Translations under genes and position numbers: made by a program
The notes under the pieces: model-generated
Databases searched by the model: none
Seen by the model: only the letters and a program-made list of their open reading frames with translations
Told to the model about the DNA's origin: nothing
Shown: positions 20,384 through 32,065 of the stretch, piece after piece
Layout: each line of letters starts with the position of its first letter
Numbering within the stretch: the stretch's first letter is position 1
Assembly (NCBI GenBank): GCA_012295275.1
Contig: CM022672.1
Coordinates: 13,950,001 to 14,014,000 of the forward strand
Direction: 5' to 3'
DNA from: Chrysomallon squamiferum
Lineage: Eukaryota > Animalia > Mollusca
Length of the DNA: 64,000 nucleotides

Positions 20384-21271
20384 CACCAAGAGTGTTCTAG
20401 TGATTAATACTACCTCTGTATAATCTAGTTCTCATAACCAGCCATATCCTAAAAATATATTTCAGGAGAATAATCATTCAGTGAAATAATAAGAAGTGCA
20501 GAACATGAGTTTTAACTTGGTGGTTAGAAAATGTTGCTAATGTTCACACCTGTCATGTTATTCAAGTCATTTTCTTGTTCACTTTCTGGGTATAACAAAG
20601 ATCACTTATTGCCCACATACAAGTGCACACACAGAAAAACATAATTGTATTAAAAGGTGAAGAGGTATCACTGTCAATGAAAATTAAACAGAGTGATGTA
20701 TACTTTCCCATAAAATTGGGGTATTCAGATGAGATAACAAATCATCTATGAACAATCTCTACTTAATTAATGAGCAAATAATTTTGTAGGGCTTTATTCA
20801 AAGCAAAATTTTATGAGTTAAAAAATTCTAGTACTTTAATATTTATCACAATCTGCATATCATATTATTGTTATTCATAAAAACTTATTAACTTTGATTT
20901 TTTTTTTTTTTATTATAAAAAGGCTAATATTTTATCGTTAGGTTTTAAAGGAATTCAAGTCTTCTAAGTTACAATTTATTTCAACATTTAACTTGACTAA
21001 AGAACTCGAGTTCAGATCACCATCACCACTGCTTGTTTGCTTTTATATTTGTGCGAAAGAAAGAAAATGCAAAAGATTAAAATTACCGAATAAAATAAAT
21101 TTTATTAAAACATAATAGTGGAAACGGTTGAAGTTATCCACAAAACGTAACAGTTTTGCTTGTCTACTTCTGTCACTTTTCCCTTAATACAGAAAGTGGA
21201 TGATAGTATTATCTAAAATGTTTTAATAATTAGAAATATTGATACTTGTATGATCCTTTCATTAAGGATTG

Positions 21272-21314
<43 letters not shown>

Positions 21315-21757
21315 TTTTTTTTAAATATATATCTTAGGAATTCAGGAGCCTTATACCTCTTTTTCCTCCTTGTGACAACATTATTGCGGTTACGGACACA
21401 CCTGTTAGGAGTTCCACTCTTGGTATGAAACTATAGTCTTAAAGGTGGAATAAAATGTGTGGATTGCATTTTTAAATCAATAAAAATATTTTGTTTGTTT
21501 GTTGTTGTTTTTTTGGTGTTTTTGTTTTTTTTTGTTTTTTAAATTCAAATGATATAACATGTCATGCAAATATTCTTTTACTTATAAATTGAAACATCAC
21601 TTCGCAAGAAAATATTTATCAATGCAATTTAAAAAGCCACTGTAGTAAATTATTTAATGAAGAGTTGATTGCTAATAATGTTAGTTAATATCGTGAATTT
21701 AAAATATAATTGTAATTTAGAATGTAGTTTTCCTGGCGTATGAATATTTTATTTGCA

Positions 21758-21794
21758 ACTTCCTGTTCGTTCTCTTTTTCCATTACAATTTGAG
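21758..21794 (+). promoter_or_regulatory. RPL28 core promoter: ETS-type site, polypyrimidine TCT/5'TOP start and non-coding exon 1
   Basis: ACTTCCTG at 21758-21765, TCTCTTTTTCC at 21771-21781, donor GAG|GTGTGC after 21794. This is typical ribosomal-protein gene architecture. Confidence 0.65.
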
Positions 21795-22262
21795 GTGTGC
21801 ACATGTGGTTTTATTAATTTCGTATAATATCTCATCTATAGTAACAAACTGGTACATTAATCATTCATTAATTAAAATTAAAAATGAAAATTCCTTAAAT
21901 GTATTAGTTACAAACATAAACAGCAAGAATTTAATAATAAACCTACACGAGGTACACTAAACTAGACGAGTTTCACCAAACTTGAAACTACCAATCACTA
22001 GATTTAGTAGTGGCATAATTACTGAGTCTGTTATGGTTCATCAATACTCGGACTAAAACTTATGATCATATCCATTTTGCTTGAGAATTAATTGCAATTT
22101 TGCCTTAAATGTGGTTCATATAAGTTATAATTATTACAATATTGTATGTCATATTCTGTGAATGTAAATCTTGACATTATTTATTTTTTTAATTTTTTTA
22201 AAAGTCATTTGTACAGTAACATTTATCTGTTTAATTTATTTTAAGGGCTCCAGTGTGCCATC

Positions 22263-24585
22263 ATGTCTAGTGATCTGCAGTGGATGATAATCCGCAACAG
22301 TTCCTGCTTCCTCCTCAGAAGGAACGGAATAACGCTTACCAAGGTAATTTTTGTTCTGGACCAAATGTTTCAGTAAAAAAAAAAAAATAAAATGCACAAA
22401 ACCTGAATGTTATTGGTAATTTTGTTGTTTGGCAAACAACCTATTGATATATTGTAACAGTTTGTTGTGCATCACTATCAGATGTGACATGTGACACTAA
22501 ATTAAAATTAAAAACTGTTTTGTTTTACTAATGAATTAAAAACAGTTTGATATTTCTTATTATGATTAGTCTTAAAGTAACAGCATCATATTTTGACACT
22601 TTCTTGATCTGTTTCTTGCAGACAGAATAAAAGAAATTTTCTAATGAATTTTGTTGACAAAATTAATGTTAAGTGATCATTTTTAGTTGGTATATCTTCT
22701 CATGAGCCATTTCTTGTGTAAACATCATACATTTTTATCTCTCACTGAAAAAACATGGATATAATTAATTAGTAACAGATAATTACAAAATGGGTAACCA
22801 ATGTACCAGTTTTATCTTTCAACTATGTTTATCTTGCCCGGGTCTTAATGACTGAAAAATAGAAAAAAAAAAAAATTATATATGTTTTTGAAATTTGTTA
22901 ATTTGTGAAAATAATGTTAAATTTATAAATTAATATATTTGAATAATATAATGATCTTAAGAAGCTTCTGGTTGCAGATAACATGTACTGTGATTTTGCC
23001 TATGTCATTATGTTGAAATTGAATTTACAGTGATTTCACCTTTAAGTGTAGATTATAAGTATGTCATTCTTTATTAAGTAAAGAATTTCTTTCTCAAAGA
23101 AAAAAAAAAATTTGAGCTTGAAAAAAATAAATGGTTTTTATCTTAATGTGAATATCACAAAAAGAAAAAAAAAAAAAAAAAAATTTTTTATTTTCCTAGA
23201 AATTTTACTTTTCACATATATTTATTTATTATCAACATCTTCTAAAAGCAAAATGAAACTTGTTTTAATGTTGTTTTATTCTTTTGTTCATGTACAATTT
23301 TATTTTTCCCTTGCACAGGAGCCACACAACCTGAAGAGTCGAAATTCCTTCCGCTTCAATGGTTTAGTTCACAAGAAAACTGTTGGTGTGGAACCAGCTA
23401 AGGATGGCAAGGGTGTTGTTCTTGTCACAAAGAATGCCAGAAGTATGCTTACATTTTAAAAGAAGTTCTCCTTTTCTTTTTTTTTGACACTTTTACTGGA
23501 ATTCAGTATTTTGCTGTGATAAATATTATTAAAACATTTTATGAGGGATTAGTATTTGTGTTTAGCTCAAATATAACTGAAGTAAGTTTTGTGAAAAAAA
23601 GAAGAAGAAAAAGATTGATTTGTTAATGTTACTCATTATCAGTTATTATAACTAATGAGAGACGTTTTTTTGTTTTATTAATGGTTTTGCATTTTAATTT
23701 AGTTTTAATTTAATCTCTAAGACTGAAATTTATCATTTTAAATGAAGTAAAAATATTTGCATACATGATCACCTGTTTAACTGTTTTTCATTGCACTAGT
23801 TTTTAGTTTGTTTTATTATTTATTTTTTACATTTCTGCCCAGATACACACTAGAATTGATAGGATTTTCTCTATTTATGTTATGTAAAGGATATTTTTAA
23901 TATTGGTCAGAAGATATAAATTAAAAAAAATCTTGTGAGTTTTGAACATTTATATTTTAAATTTAATGTTTTGCTTGTTTTCAAACTATCATTCCTTTTT
24001 AATAAAAAAAAAAAAAATCATTTTGACAAATGTTTAATTTAAATCAATTTAAGAAACCATTTGGAATATATATAAAACATAATTTAATCATATTCATGAT
24101 TTAAAATAGTGAAAATAAAAAAGCACAAAAATCTTTTGTTTTCAGACAGAAAGAAGCCTGCAAAAGTTTACAACAGAGTTTTACTGAAACGAGATGCTCG
24201 AAGGACATTTAATACTATTCGCAAAACCATAAGAAATAGACACTACAGGAAAGATTTAAAGATGGTATGAATTAGTTAAACTATTTATTTTTCCCAAAAA
24301 AAGAAATTCAGTCTTTTAATATAAAAATCTGCGTAACGTTTTTATTTTTTTCATTATTGAATTAAACGAGAAACAAGCTTTTGCTTGCATATAAATCTGC
24401 AGTTTATCTTATTTGTTTAAAAAAAACCCACTTTTTTAAAATGTAAACGTAATGAAATAATTGGAACGTGTTTCTACTAAAGCTGTTTTTTTTTTTTTCA
24501 GGCTGCCATACGCAAAGCTAGTGCACTGTTAAGAAGTCAGAAGCCAGTTGTTGTCCGAAAAAATATTCGACCAAAAAAAGATTAA
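22263..24585 (+). CDS. RPL28: 60S ribosomal protein L28 (eL28), 4 coding exons
   Basis: Exons 22263-22343, 23319-23442, ~24146-24263, 24502-24585 give [83 protein letters not shown] at ~24605 and ~24615. Confidence 0.97.
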
Positions 24586-25872
24586 ACTTTTTGTGAAATG
24601 TCAGAATAAAATTGAATAAAGATCACAGAGACTGACATGTATAATGTAACTTATTATTTTAAACAGGCTTCAGGCACTTAATAGCTATTGCCTGTACAAA
24701 TAGTAGTAGTTCGATACAAAATTAGTTTATGACCTTGAAGGTGTGGCTATAACATTTATTTCATTTTTAACCATAATATATGAAATTTTTCATATTAGAA
24801 TTAGTTGATGATAGGAATGTGCAAGAATAAAATTAAAAAACGGGGGATTTAAGAAAAAATTATAATTCTTAGGCATAACTGATAGATATCATTGGGAACA
24901 TTTTTTATTATCATGGTACTAATTTTGGACAAAAGATGTTAGTTGAATTTTGCTATTTGCTTTTGTTTAGTTTTCAGATGTATTGAATTACTTAACAAAT
25001 ATTAAAATTATAGTTCACTACAGATTCTTGTATCCTTGAAGTAAATCTATTCACTCGTTAACTGTGTGTCTGAAATACCATTACAGTGGATTTGTTTGAA
25101 CAGACAGAACCCAGAAAATGAAATGTTTAGTTAATTACTTGGTGTACAGAAATACAACAAGTTACCTTTATTTACAATTGTCATTTACAACTGGAAGGAG
25201 TAATTGGTAAATTCAGGAAGTAAAAAATGATAAAATATTTTTAAAAAAACAAATAAAATTTATATACAGATTATTAAATCTAATTTTAAAGTCTAGGAAT
25301 ATATTTCAGATTAATTACAATAAAATGACTAATGAATAAAGTTTATAAAAAACTGAACTCATAAAATTGCTGCATGCTTAAATATATTTTGTCATTCCAT
25401 GTAACAAAGTTTATTATTCTGAAAGATAGAAATGTGCTTCACAGATGCTGGGGTAAGGTCCTAGGTAATTAAACCTGATAAACTATATATTATGAAGAAA
25501 AATGATAACTACATTTTAAAATGCAATTACTGAGATATACTGAGTAAAATGCAGACTAGACACAAAGTTGTACAGCTGCTAAGTAAATGGTCAGTAGTAT
25601 TTGATCTCAAAGAATGTTCTAAAACAGTCATAATACTAATATGTACTGAATGCAGTTCTTACATTTTTTTTTACAAATATCTTCCAAATGTAAAATAATA
25701 AATGAAAATACCTTTGTAATTAACAAGTTTATATAGTTAAAAGCACCAATATCCATCTTGGATGGTCAACAAATTTTTATTATTACTTTTTTCAAAATGA
25801 AATATAAATTTAAACAAACTTAATGACTGTTAAAAAAACTGAAATATTTCTGTCATAGATGGTATGAATGAA

Positions 25873-27168
25873 TCACACGTAGACATTCATAACTTTTTCA
25901 ATGGACTGTCTACAAAGAGGACACACTCTCCTTACAGCATACGTTGATCTCACAATGTGATTTGTACACTCAACACACAGGCACATGTGTCGACATGGCA
26001 ACACAAGCACACATTTACTTCTGTCTTGACAAACAACACATTTTCTTTTATCCTTTTCTTTTTCTATTTCATAAGCAAAATCTTCTAGGGTTAGATTTTT
26101 AAGTCTGGATGGTGTTGACGAGCGACTCCGCAATGAATAACCTTGAGTTGGTGGTTCTGGAAGATTGATTTCAATTTCTTGATCACTGTCTGATGAGAAG
26201 GTTTGAGAGTTGACCGATCCATCGTCATCATCATCATCATCACTGATCTGATTTTCACTGTCTGTGTTTTCCGAGTTGTTTGTGCTGGAATGACTGCTAT
26301 CACTTTCATATTCATCCTCTTCCTCAACTGCTTCAGGGTCTACGATTTCCACATCGCTTTCAAAACCAATATCATAATCATACTGGGTTCTGCGAGGTCT
26401 AGTTCTTGGCCACAGTGCATGTCTGAAAGGGATGCCATGAGACATAATAAAGCTAATGCAGTTTGAGATAACAAGGTAAATGAAACAACAAATGATAATT
26501 CCTAGGTAAACTTCCTTTGATAAAGTGAATGTTTTATTGAAAGTGTTGACAAGTATATTCCAGATGTTATACAGATAGTTGTAACTGCTGTACAATATAC
26601 TTAGAACTGAGGCAAAAACAAAGCCTAAACTCCACCATATTGTTTTTAAAATATATATAACAACATTTCCAATAATTGAGAAGCCACCTACAACTGCATT
26701 TAGCAAATTCTGTATTATTTCAATTCCATAGTTCCACAGTGTAGTAAAGTTGTTCACGATGTCTAATGCTGATTGTTTTACTGCTGTTGCTGTTGAAAAA
26801 CTGCCGGTATAAATATATACCAAAATGACTTCTGCTCCAGCAACAGCAAGATTCACGATTTTATAGACAAGAATAAATACTTTCCAAATAAATAAAACGA
26901 TAGCTTTTAAACAAAGAAAAATTTCAAACATAAATTCGTAACAGCTTTGTAAAAAGTGGATAACAGATGTGCCTATGTATGTGGCCGCACTGAAAGTCGC
27001 ACAACACAAGGATGAAACGAAACCAAAAACGAAAGAAACGACGTTATAATTTGTGTCTATAATGAAACTGACAACATCCTTGGCTGTAATGATGTACATT
27101 GCGATGGTCTTGCAAATGGTCAATCCTAGATGGAATGTGCCTTTAGCTGTAGCTATAATGTCAAACAT
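25873..27168 (-). CDS. RNF26: E3 ubiquitin ligase RNF26, intronless, 431 aa
   Basis: First ATG (MFDII) at 27168. Long multi-TM hydrophobic N-terminus, acidic linker, and C-terminal RING CVVCQDRSKCVLVLPCRHMCLCVEC..CPLCRQSI...MNVYV*, matching the RNF26 layout and terminus. Confidence 0.88.
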   Translation of the reverse strand: MFDIIATAKGTFHLGLTICKTIAMYIITAKDVVSFIIDTNYNVVSFVFGFVSSLCCATFSAATYIGTSVIHFLQSCYEFMFEIFLCLKAIVLFIWKVFILVYKIVNLAVAGAEVILVYIYTGSFSTATAVKQSALDIVNNFTTLWNYGIEIIQNLLNAVVGGFSIIGNVVIYILKTIWWSLGFVFASVLSILYSSYNYLYNIWNILVNTFNKTFTLSKEVYLGIIICCFIYLVISNCISFIMSHGIPFRHALWPRTRPRRTQYDYDIGFESDVEIVDPEAVEEEDEYESDSSHSSTNNSENTDSENQISDDDDDDDGSVNSQTFSSDSDQEIEINLPEPPTQGYSLRSRSSTPSRLKNLTLEDFAYEIEKEKDKRKCVVCQDRSKCVLVLPCRHMCLCVECTNHIVRSTYAVRRVCPLCRQSIEKVMNVYV

Positions 27169-28278
27169 AATATATGCTGGCGGTCTGAAATTCCAAAACA
27201 CCCATACTGCTTGGTACTAACGCTTACCAAGCTATCATATGAGGAACAATTTATCGGTTTTCTTTCGTGTGGAAACTGTGTCAGGGTGTTAAGAGGAAAT
27301 GTTCCCTATGTCAGAATATCTTAAATTATTTTTTGTTTTCTTCCATATATTGGAACTCGCTTAATTGCCACTAATTTAAGTACCTTGAAAATTACTCTGT
27401 ATCTTTAACAAAAATATTATTTATTTTAATTATTTACTTCTTTTTAAAGATTTAACATATTCTTTTTTTTTTTGGCTTGATAGTTAACCCCATAAACTGG
27501 CATAATTTTACGGTAAAAAAAAACACGTTTTAATGTAAATTTAGTGGTATAATTTTATGTTGTTTTAATACTATAAAAATACATTCCAGCTGTATTTTAC
27601 AAAAACATACGTTTCCACAGTATTATCTGGTGGTGATAATAGAATAAAATCATATTATTATTATTATTATTATTATTATTTATTATTATTATTATTATTA
27701 TTATTTTCGCTTTGATCATTAATGTTAATAAAAACAATAATAAAAAAGTATAACGTAAACGCTTTTTATAACATAAAATTAGTATACCAAATTTTAAACT
27801 ATTGTGCATTATGTAACATGGAAACAAATAGTTTCAGGTGGGGAGGGAACAACTTTCAAGCGAATAAAATTTGTCAAATATTGCACTTTATGAAACAGAT
27901 GAGTGTATTTATTCATATTAAGAAATAATATGCATTTGAATATACATGGCAGTCACATAATTAACATTTTGTATATTATAATAATAATGATGATGATTAT
28001 TATATGCTGTCAAAAGAAACTTTTAAATTTTAAAAAAAAATTGTCTGTCTGTTTCTTTCATTTCTTTCTTTCTTTCCCTTCTTTCTTGTTGTTGATGTTG
28101 AGTTATTATTAGTTACAAAAAGTGACATCATGTGATCTGTAATACTATAAGATATCTTTAGATGTAACCTTCCCCAGCTTTACACAATTTCTGAAAACAT
28201 CTGAAATTTTAATTTAATTTAATTTAATTTAATTTAATTTAATTTAATTTCTTTCTTTCTTTCTTTCTTCTTCTTCTT

Positions 28279-28309
<31 letters not shown>

Positions 28310-28666
28310 TTATTTTGTTTTGTCTGTTCGTTACTGTTTTTGTGACGTTCATCACATACGTTGGTCATTGTGAGACGGTAACCATTGACAACGCCAAATG
28401 CAGTAGGTCAGACTCCGTAGCAGTAAAACAAAACAATAACAACTGAGAAACGAAATTTTGGTATGGAAGTAAACACTGTAATTTCAGGATCAATTTTATT
28501 AGGCGGATCTGTTTTCTACAGAACGACAATCAGATTTATAACATAATAGGATTGGTCTACACTAAGATTATTTATATAAAAAATATATATATATATAAAT
28601 ATTAAATCAATTTTTTTCGAAGACTTTATGAAATGTTTCTCATCATAGTTTTGACTCGGAAGCGGA

Positions 28667-29872
28667 ATGCCGAAAGATACAAAAACAAAACAGCTTTTCG
28701 ATGCTGCTTATGAGGTGATCAGAATATTATTAACAATATCTTATGAATTACTTCTGCTAGCGTACAGTTTTATCATTTTCGTAATAAAACTGAGGACATT
28801 ATTAGGAAATTCGGCTATAATTATAAATTCATTCATAAGACTTTTATTTAAAACAGTTATACGAGTAATAATGAACCCAACAGCGGCTATGTTGTGGATT
28901 TTGTTTGTATCTGCGGTGTGCTATTATTTTGAAAATATCTATGAATCTGATGATGCAGAACTTGTTGAAAGAACTGGTGAAACGAGAGAACTTCTCGAAA
29001 TCAGAACACTTCCAACAGCCGTTAAGAAAACGGAAATAAAAACACAAAGTAAACAACCCGAAGGAACATCATCACAGGAAAGAGAAGCCGAGGAAAGTAC
29101 CCAGAAAAAGAAACGTAAAGAAAGTTACGTTGATACGGAAAGTGAAGAATATGTCGATGCAGTAGCCGAGGAAAGTACCCAGAAAAAGAAACGTAAAGAA
29201 AGTTACGGTGATACGGAAAGTGAAGAATACTATGTCGATGCAGATGCCGAGGAAAGTACCCAGAAAATGAAACGTAAAGAAAGTTACGTTGATACGGAAA
29301 GTGAAGAATACTATGTCGATGCAGTAGCCGAGGAAAGTACCCAGAAAAAGAAACGTAAAGAAAGTTACGGTGATACGGAAAGTGAAGAATACTATGTCGA
29401 TGCAGTAGCCGAGGAAAGTACCCAGAAAAAGAAACGTAAAGAAAGTTACGTTGATACGGAAAGTGAAGAATACTATGTCGATGCAGCAGCCGAGGAAAGT
29501 ACCCAGAAAAAGGAAAGTAACGAAAGTTACGTCGATGCGGACTGTGAAGAAAACTATGTGGATGCAGAAACTGAAGAAAGTGCCCACAAAAGGAAAGATG
29601 AAAAAATAACACAGGATAAAGAAACTGAAGAAATTTGCCTGGAAACTATAACAGTTAAAGAATTTAAAGAAACAAAACTGGGGAGACAAACTGAGAACAA
29701 TATACAAGAATATGAAACTGAAGAAACAGAAATGAATTTGGATAATGAAGCAAACACGTCGAAAGCAGATAATGAGAGTTCCGAAGAAAACGAAGAAGAG
29801 ATTTGTGTAAATCTCAAGGAGAAAGAAAGTTCAAAATGTATCATTGAAAACTGTCAGTGTTCCAATCTTTAA
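28667..29872 (+). CDS. RNF26-like membrane protein with an acidic/basic tandem-repeat linker and truncated RING, 401 aa, intronless
   Basis: Intact long ORF with a hydrophobic N-terminal ~90 aa ending WILFVSAVCYYFEN (compare WMLVLSIAFLYFEK in the neighbour). The end KEKESSKCII aligns to RNF26 EKEKDKRKCVV, then the ORF stops. Confidence 0.6.
   Translation: MPKDTKTKQLFDAAYEVIRILLTISYELLLLAYSFIIFVIKLRTLLGNSAIIINSFIRLLFKTVIRVIMNPTAAMLWILFVSAVCYYFENIYESDDAELVERTGETRELLEIRTLPTAVKKTEIKTQSKQPEGTSSQEREAEESTQKKKRKESYVDTESEEYVDAVAEESTQKKKRKESYGDTESEEYYVDADAEESTQKMKRKESYVDTESEEYYVDAVAEESTQKKKRKESYGDTESEEYYVDAVAEESTQKKKRKESYVDTESEEYYVDAAAEESTQKKESNESYVDADCEENYVDAETEESAHKRKDEKITQDKETEEICLETITVKEFKETKLGRQTENNIQEYETEETEMNLDNEANTSKADNESSEENEEEICVNLKEKESSKCIIENCQCSNL
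29090..29590 (+). repeat. Coding 81-bp (27-aa) tandem repeat, ~5 near-perfect plus 1-2 degenerate units
   Basis: GAGGAAAGTACCCAGAAAA recurs at 29090, 29168, 29249, 29330, 29411, 29492. Unit EESTQKKKRKESY(V/G)DTESEEYYVDA(V/D/A)A; the first unit is 78 bp. Confidence 0.95.
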
Positions 29873-31103
29873 TGTTCAAACAGAATTAATAATAATACTC
29901 TCACACTATAAATTTGTTAATAAATTGACAACTCAAGTTACGATAATTATGAGAAAAATTATTGATATTTAGAAATTTCGAGGAAATGGTTTTCTTGTCA
30001 TCATCATCACCATTATTATTATTATTTATTTTTATAAATTTCTTTTGAAAAATGTGTGATAAAATCGATTTTGAAACTTTTTACCTAATCGGACAAAATA
30101 AAAATAAACAAACTATATCTACTGATATATGTAAATATGTTAACTTCTTGAAATTAATTGTTAAATTGCTGTGTTCATTGTTTGTTCTATTTACTGTTTA
30201 CCAAATTTATGGTTTAATAAATATTAATATTTTAGATTTTAAAACCCATTTTATTTTATTTTGTTTTCCTTAATAATCGAACAGCTTTTCTTTAGTCTCG
30301 ATATATATATAGGAAAAACCAGGCTCTTAAAATAGTGCCCATAAACAGGCGTGGTCAGCATGCCGTTTGCTGGTTAACTGAAAATACTAATACTTCAGTC
30401 TTTACGGTCTTAATAGGGAACGGACATACAACTTATTAATTTTAGCGATGAACAAATGAAGGAAAAAATAAATACTGACATCGATTAAATATATCGACAT
30501 AAATTAGATAAAATGTGTATATGGACCGTCCTTAAATTAAAAATTAAATTAATGTCTAACTCGCTTTCTGCTGAATATTTTGACACATTAATTATATTTA
30601 GCGTGGCTATAAACATTTTTTTTTCAAAATTGTATGCTTAAAAGTTATATTAAAATATAGCGAGTTTAAAATTTTGCAATTAACTATAAACAAAGTTTTT
30701 ATAATTATATGGTCATATTATTATTATCATTGATCTTTGATGTATTTATATATCATTATATATTTATACTGACCAAGGGTATAACTAATAACAACACCGG
30801 CTAATACTACCCATAGCGGATGTTACGTTATAAACATTCAAACTAAGGAATGAAATACAGTCTATTTTCGTTTGTCAACCACCAAATACAAATAAGAGAG
30901 AGAGAAAGATAAAAAAAAAAAAAAAAAAAAAAAAAAGGAATTAAAAACAACAACAAAAATTAGATGTCGTAACAAAGATAAAGTATTAAACTAACAAATC
31001 GAACAGTATCTTATTATTTAGCTGCAGATCCATAACCTCATTAAGGAAGTATTATCATAAAGCTGATCATTATGATTATGGCGTACTGTTTACGCTTCGA
31101 AAA

Positions 31104-32065
31104 ATGATTTATTGTTCCGGGAATGTATTTACAATATTATTTTTCCATTCGATTTCAAAAACTGTTAGTGCGTATTTAAATTTTTCTACCACTATGCCGT
31201 CAATAATAGTATCACTTTTGAAACTGTTGTTAGATTTTACTTACTCTTTGATTGAAATTGTTATCAAAATAGTTTACATTTTTCTTTTATTTGTTTTCAA
31301 TATTTTTGGATATTTACTTCATCTTTTGTCAGTCGCTTGTCCTTGTATCTGCAGGATTACCTCGGCAATTTATTCTATTTCCTTTTGGATAATGACTCAA
31401 GTTCTCACAGGAATTATTGGACAAGGTAACATGGCAACCAATATTTCAAGCTGGATGTTAGTTTTATCCATAGCATTTCTTTATTTTGAGAAAAGACATA
31501 GGCCTGATGAACGAATGAAACAAAACAAAAATATAAACCATATGAATGAAACTATTGGCATGGCTCCTGCCATTCAAGAAAATGAAGCAGACATCATATT
31601 ATTCCGTGATACAGGAAACAGCCAGGGAAGTGATGAGCTGTCAGAAGATGAAACTATTTATAATAATAATGATGATGATCATCATGATAATGATGATAAT
31701 GGTGATAATGAAACTAATCTTGCAGATGATGAAGGTGGATTGTCTGATGTTAGCAATGAACAGACTGATTTAGAGAACAGAGAAATTGAAACAGAAGAAA
31801 AAATACACAAGAAGAAACAGATCATCTAAGGATGCACAGTAACAGAAATTCAAATAATTCCATGATGTACAGACATACTAATGTTATGCAAGATCTGGAT
31901 CGAACATTATGTTCTATTTGTTTTGAAAGAGATCGCAATGTTGCTGTTTTCCCATGTGGTCATATTCACATGTGCTTTGAATGTATGCAACTTGTGCAGC
32001 AAGGAAACAATCTCTGTCCCTTTTGTCAGAGACAAATTGAGGATTATAAACACGTATTTTTCTAA
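31104..32065 (+). CDS. RNF26-like TM-RING E3 ligase split by a 1-nt frameshift (gene with an assembly indel, or pseudogene)
   Basis: ORF 31104-31829 (TM region plus acidic linker) and ORF 31832-32065 (RING CSICFERDRNVAVFPCGHIHMCFEC..CPFCQRQI) join if one A is added to the A6 run at 31798-31803. Confidence 0.7.

Noticed and set aside
23511-23585. C/D-box snoRNA-like pattern in an RPL28 intron (GTGATAA...CTGA, 5-bp terminal stem)
   Set aside because: Box C is imperfect, I cannot identify a convincing rRNA-complementary guide, and the sequence is very AT-rich. Needs snoscan/Infernal.
27161-27205. GTG start at 27201 and an overlapping upstream ATG ORF (MGVLEFQTASIYYV*) for RNF26
   Set aside because: The GTG start is a track artefact. 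The uORF depends on an unknown TSS.
29022-29844. Long antisense ORFs over the 81-bp repeat; array resembling a CRISPR
   Set aside because: Shadow frames of a coding tandem repeat. No unique spacers, no cas genes, and a eukaryotic context.
29858-29872. C-terminal CSNL as a CaaX prenylation signal
   Set aside because: The middle residues are not aliphatic; likely a by-product of RING truncation.
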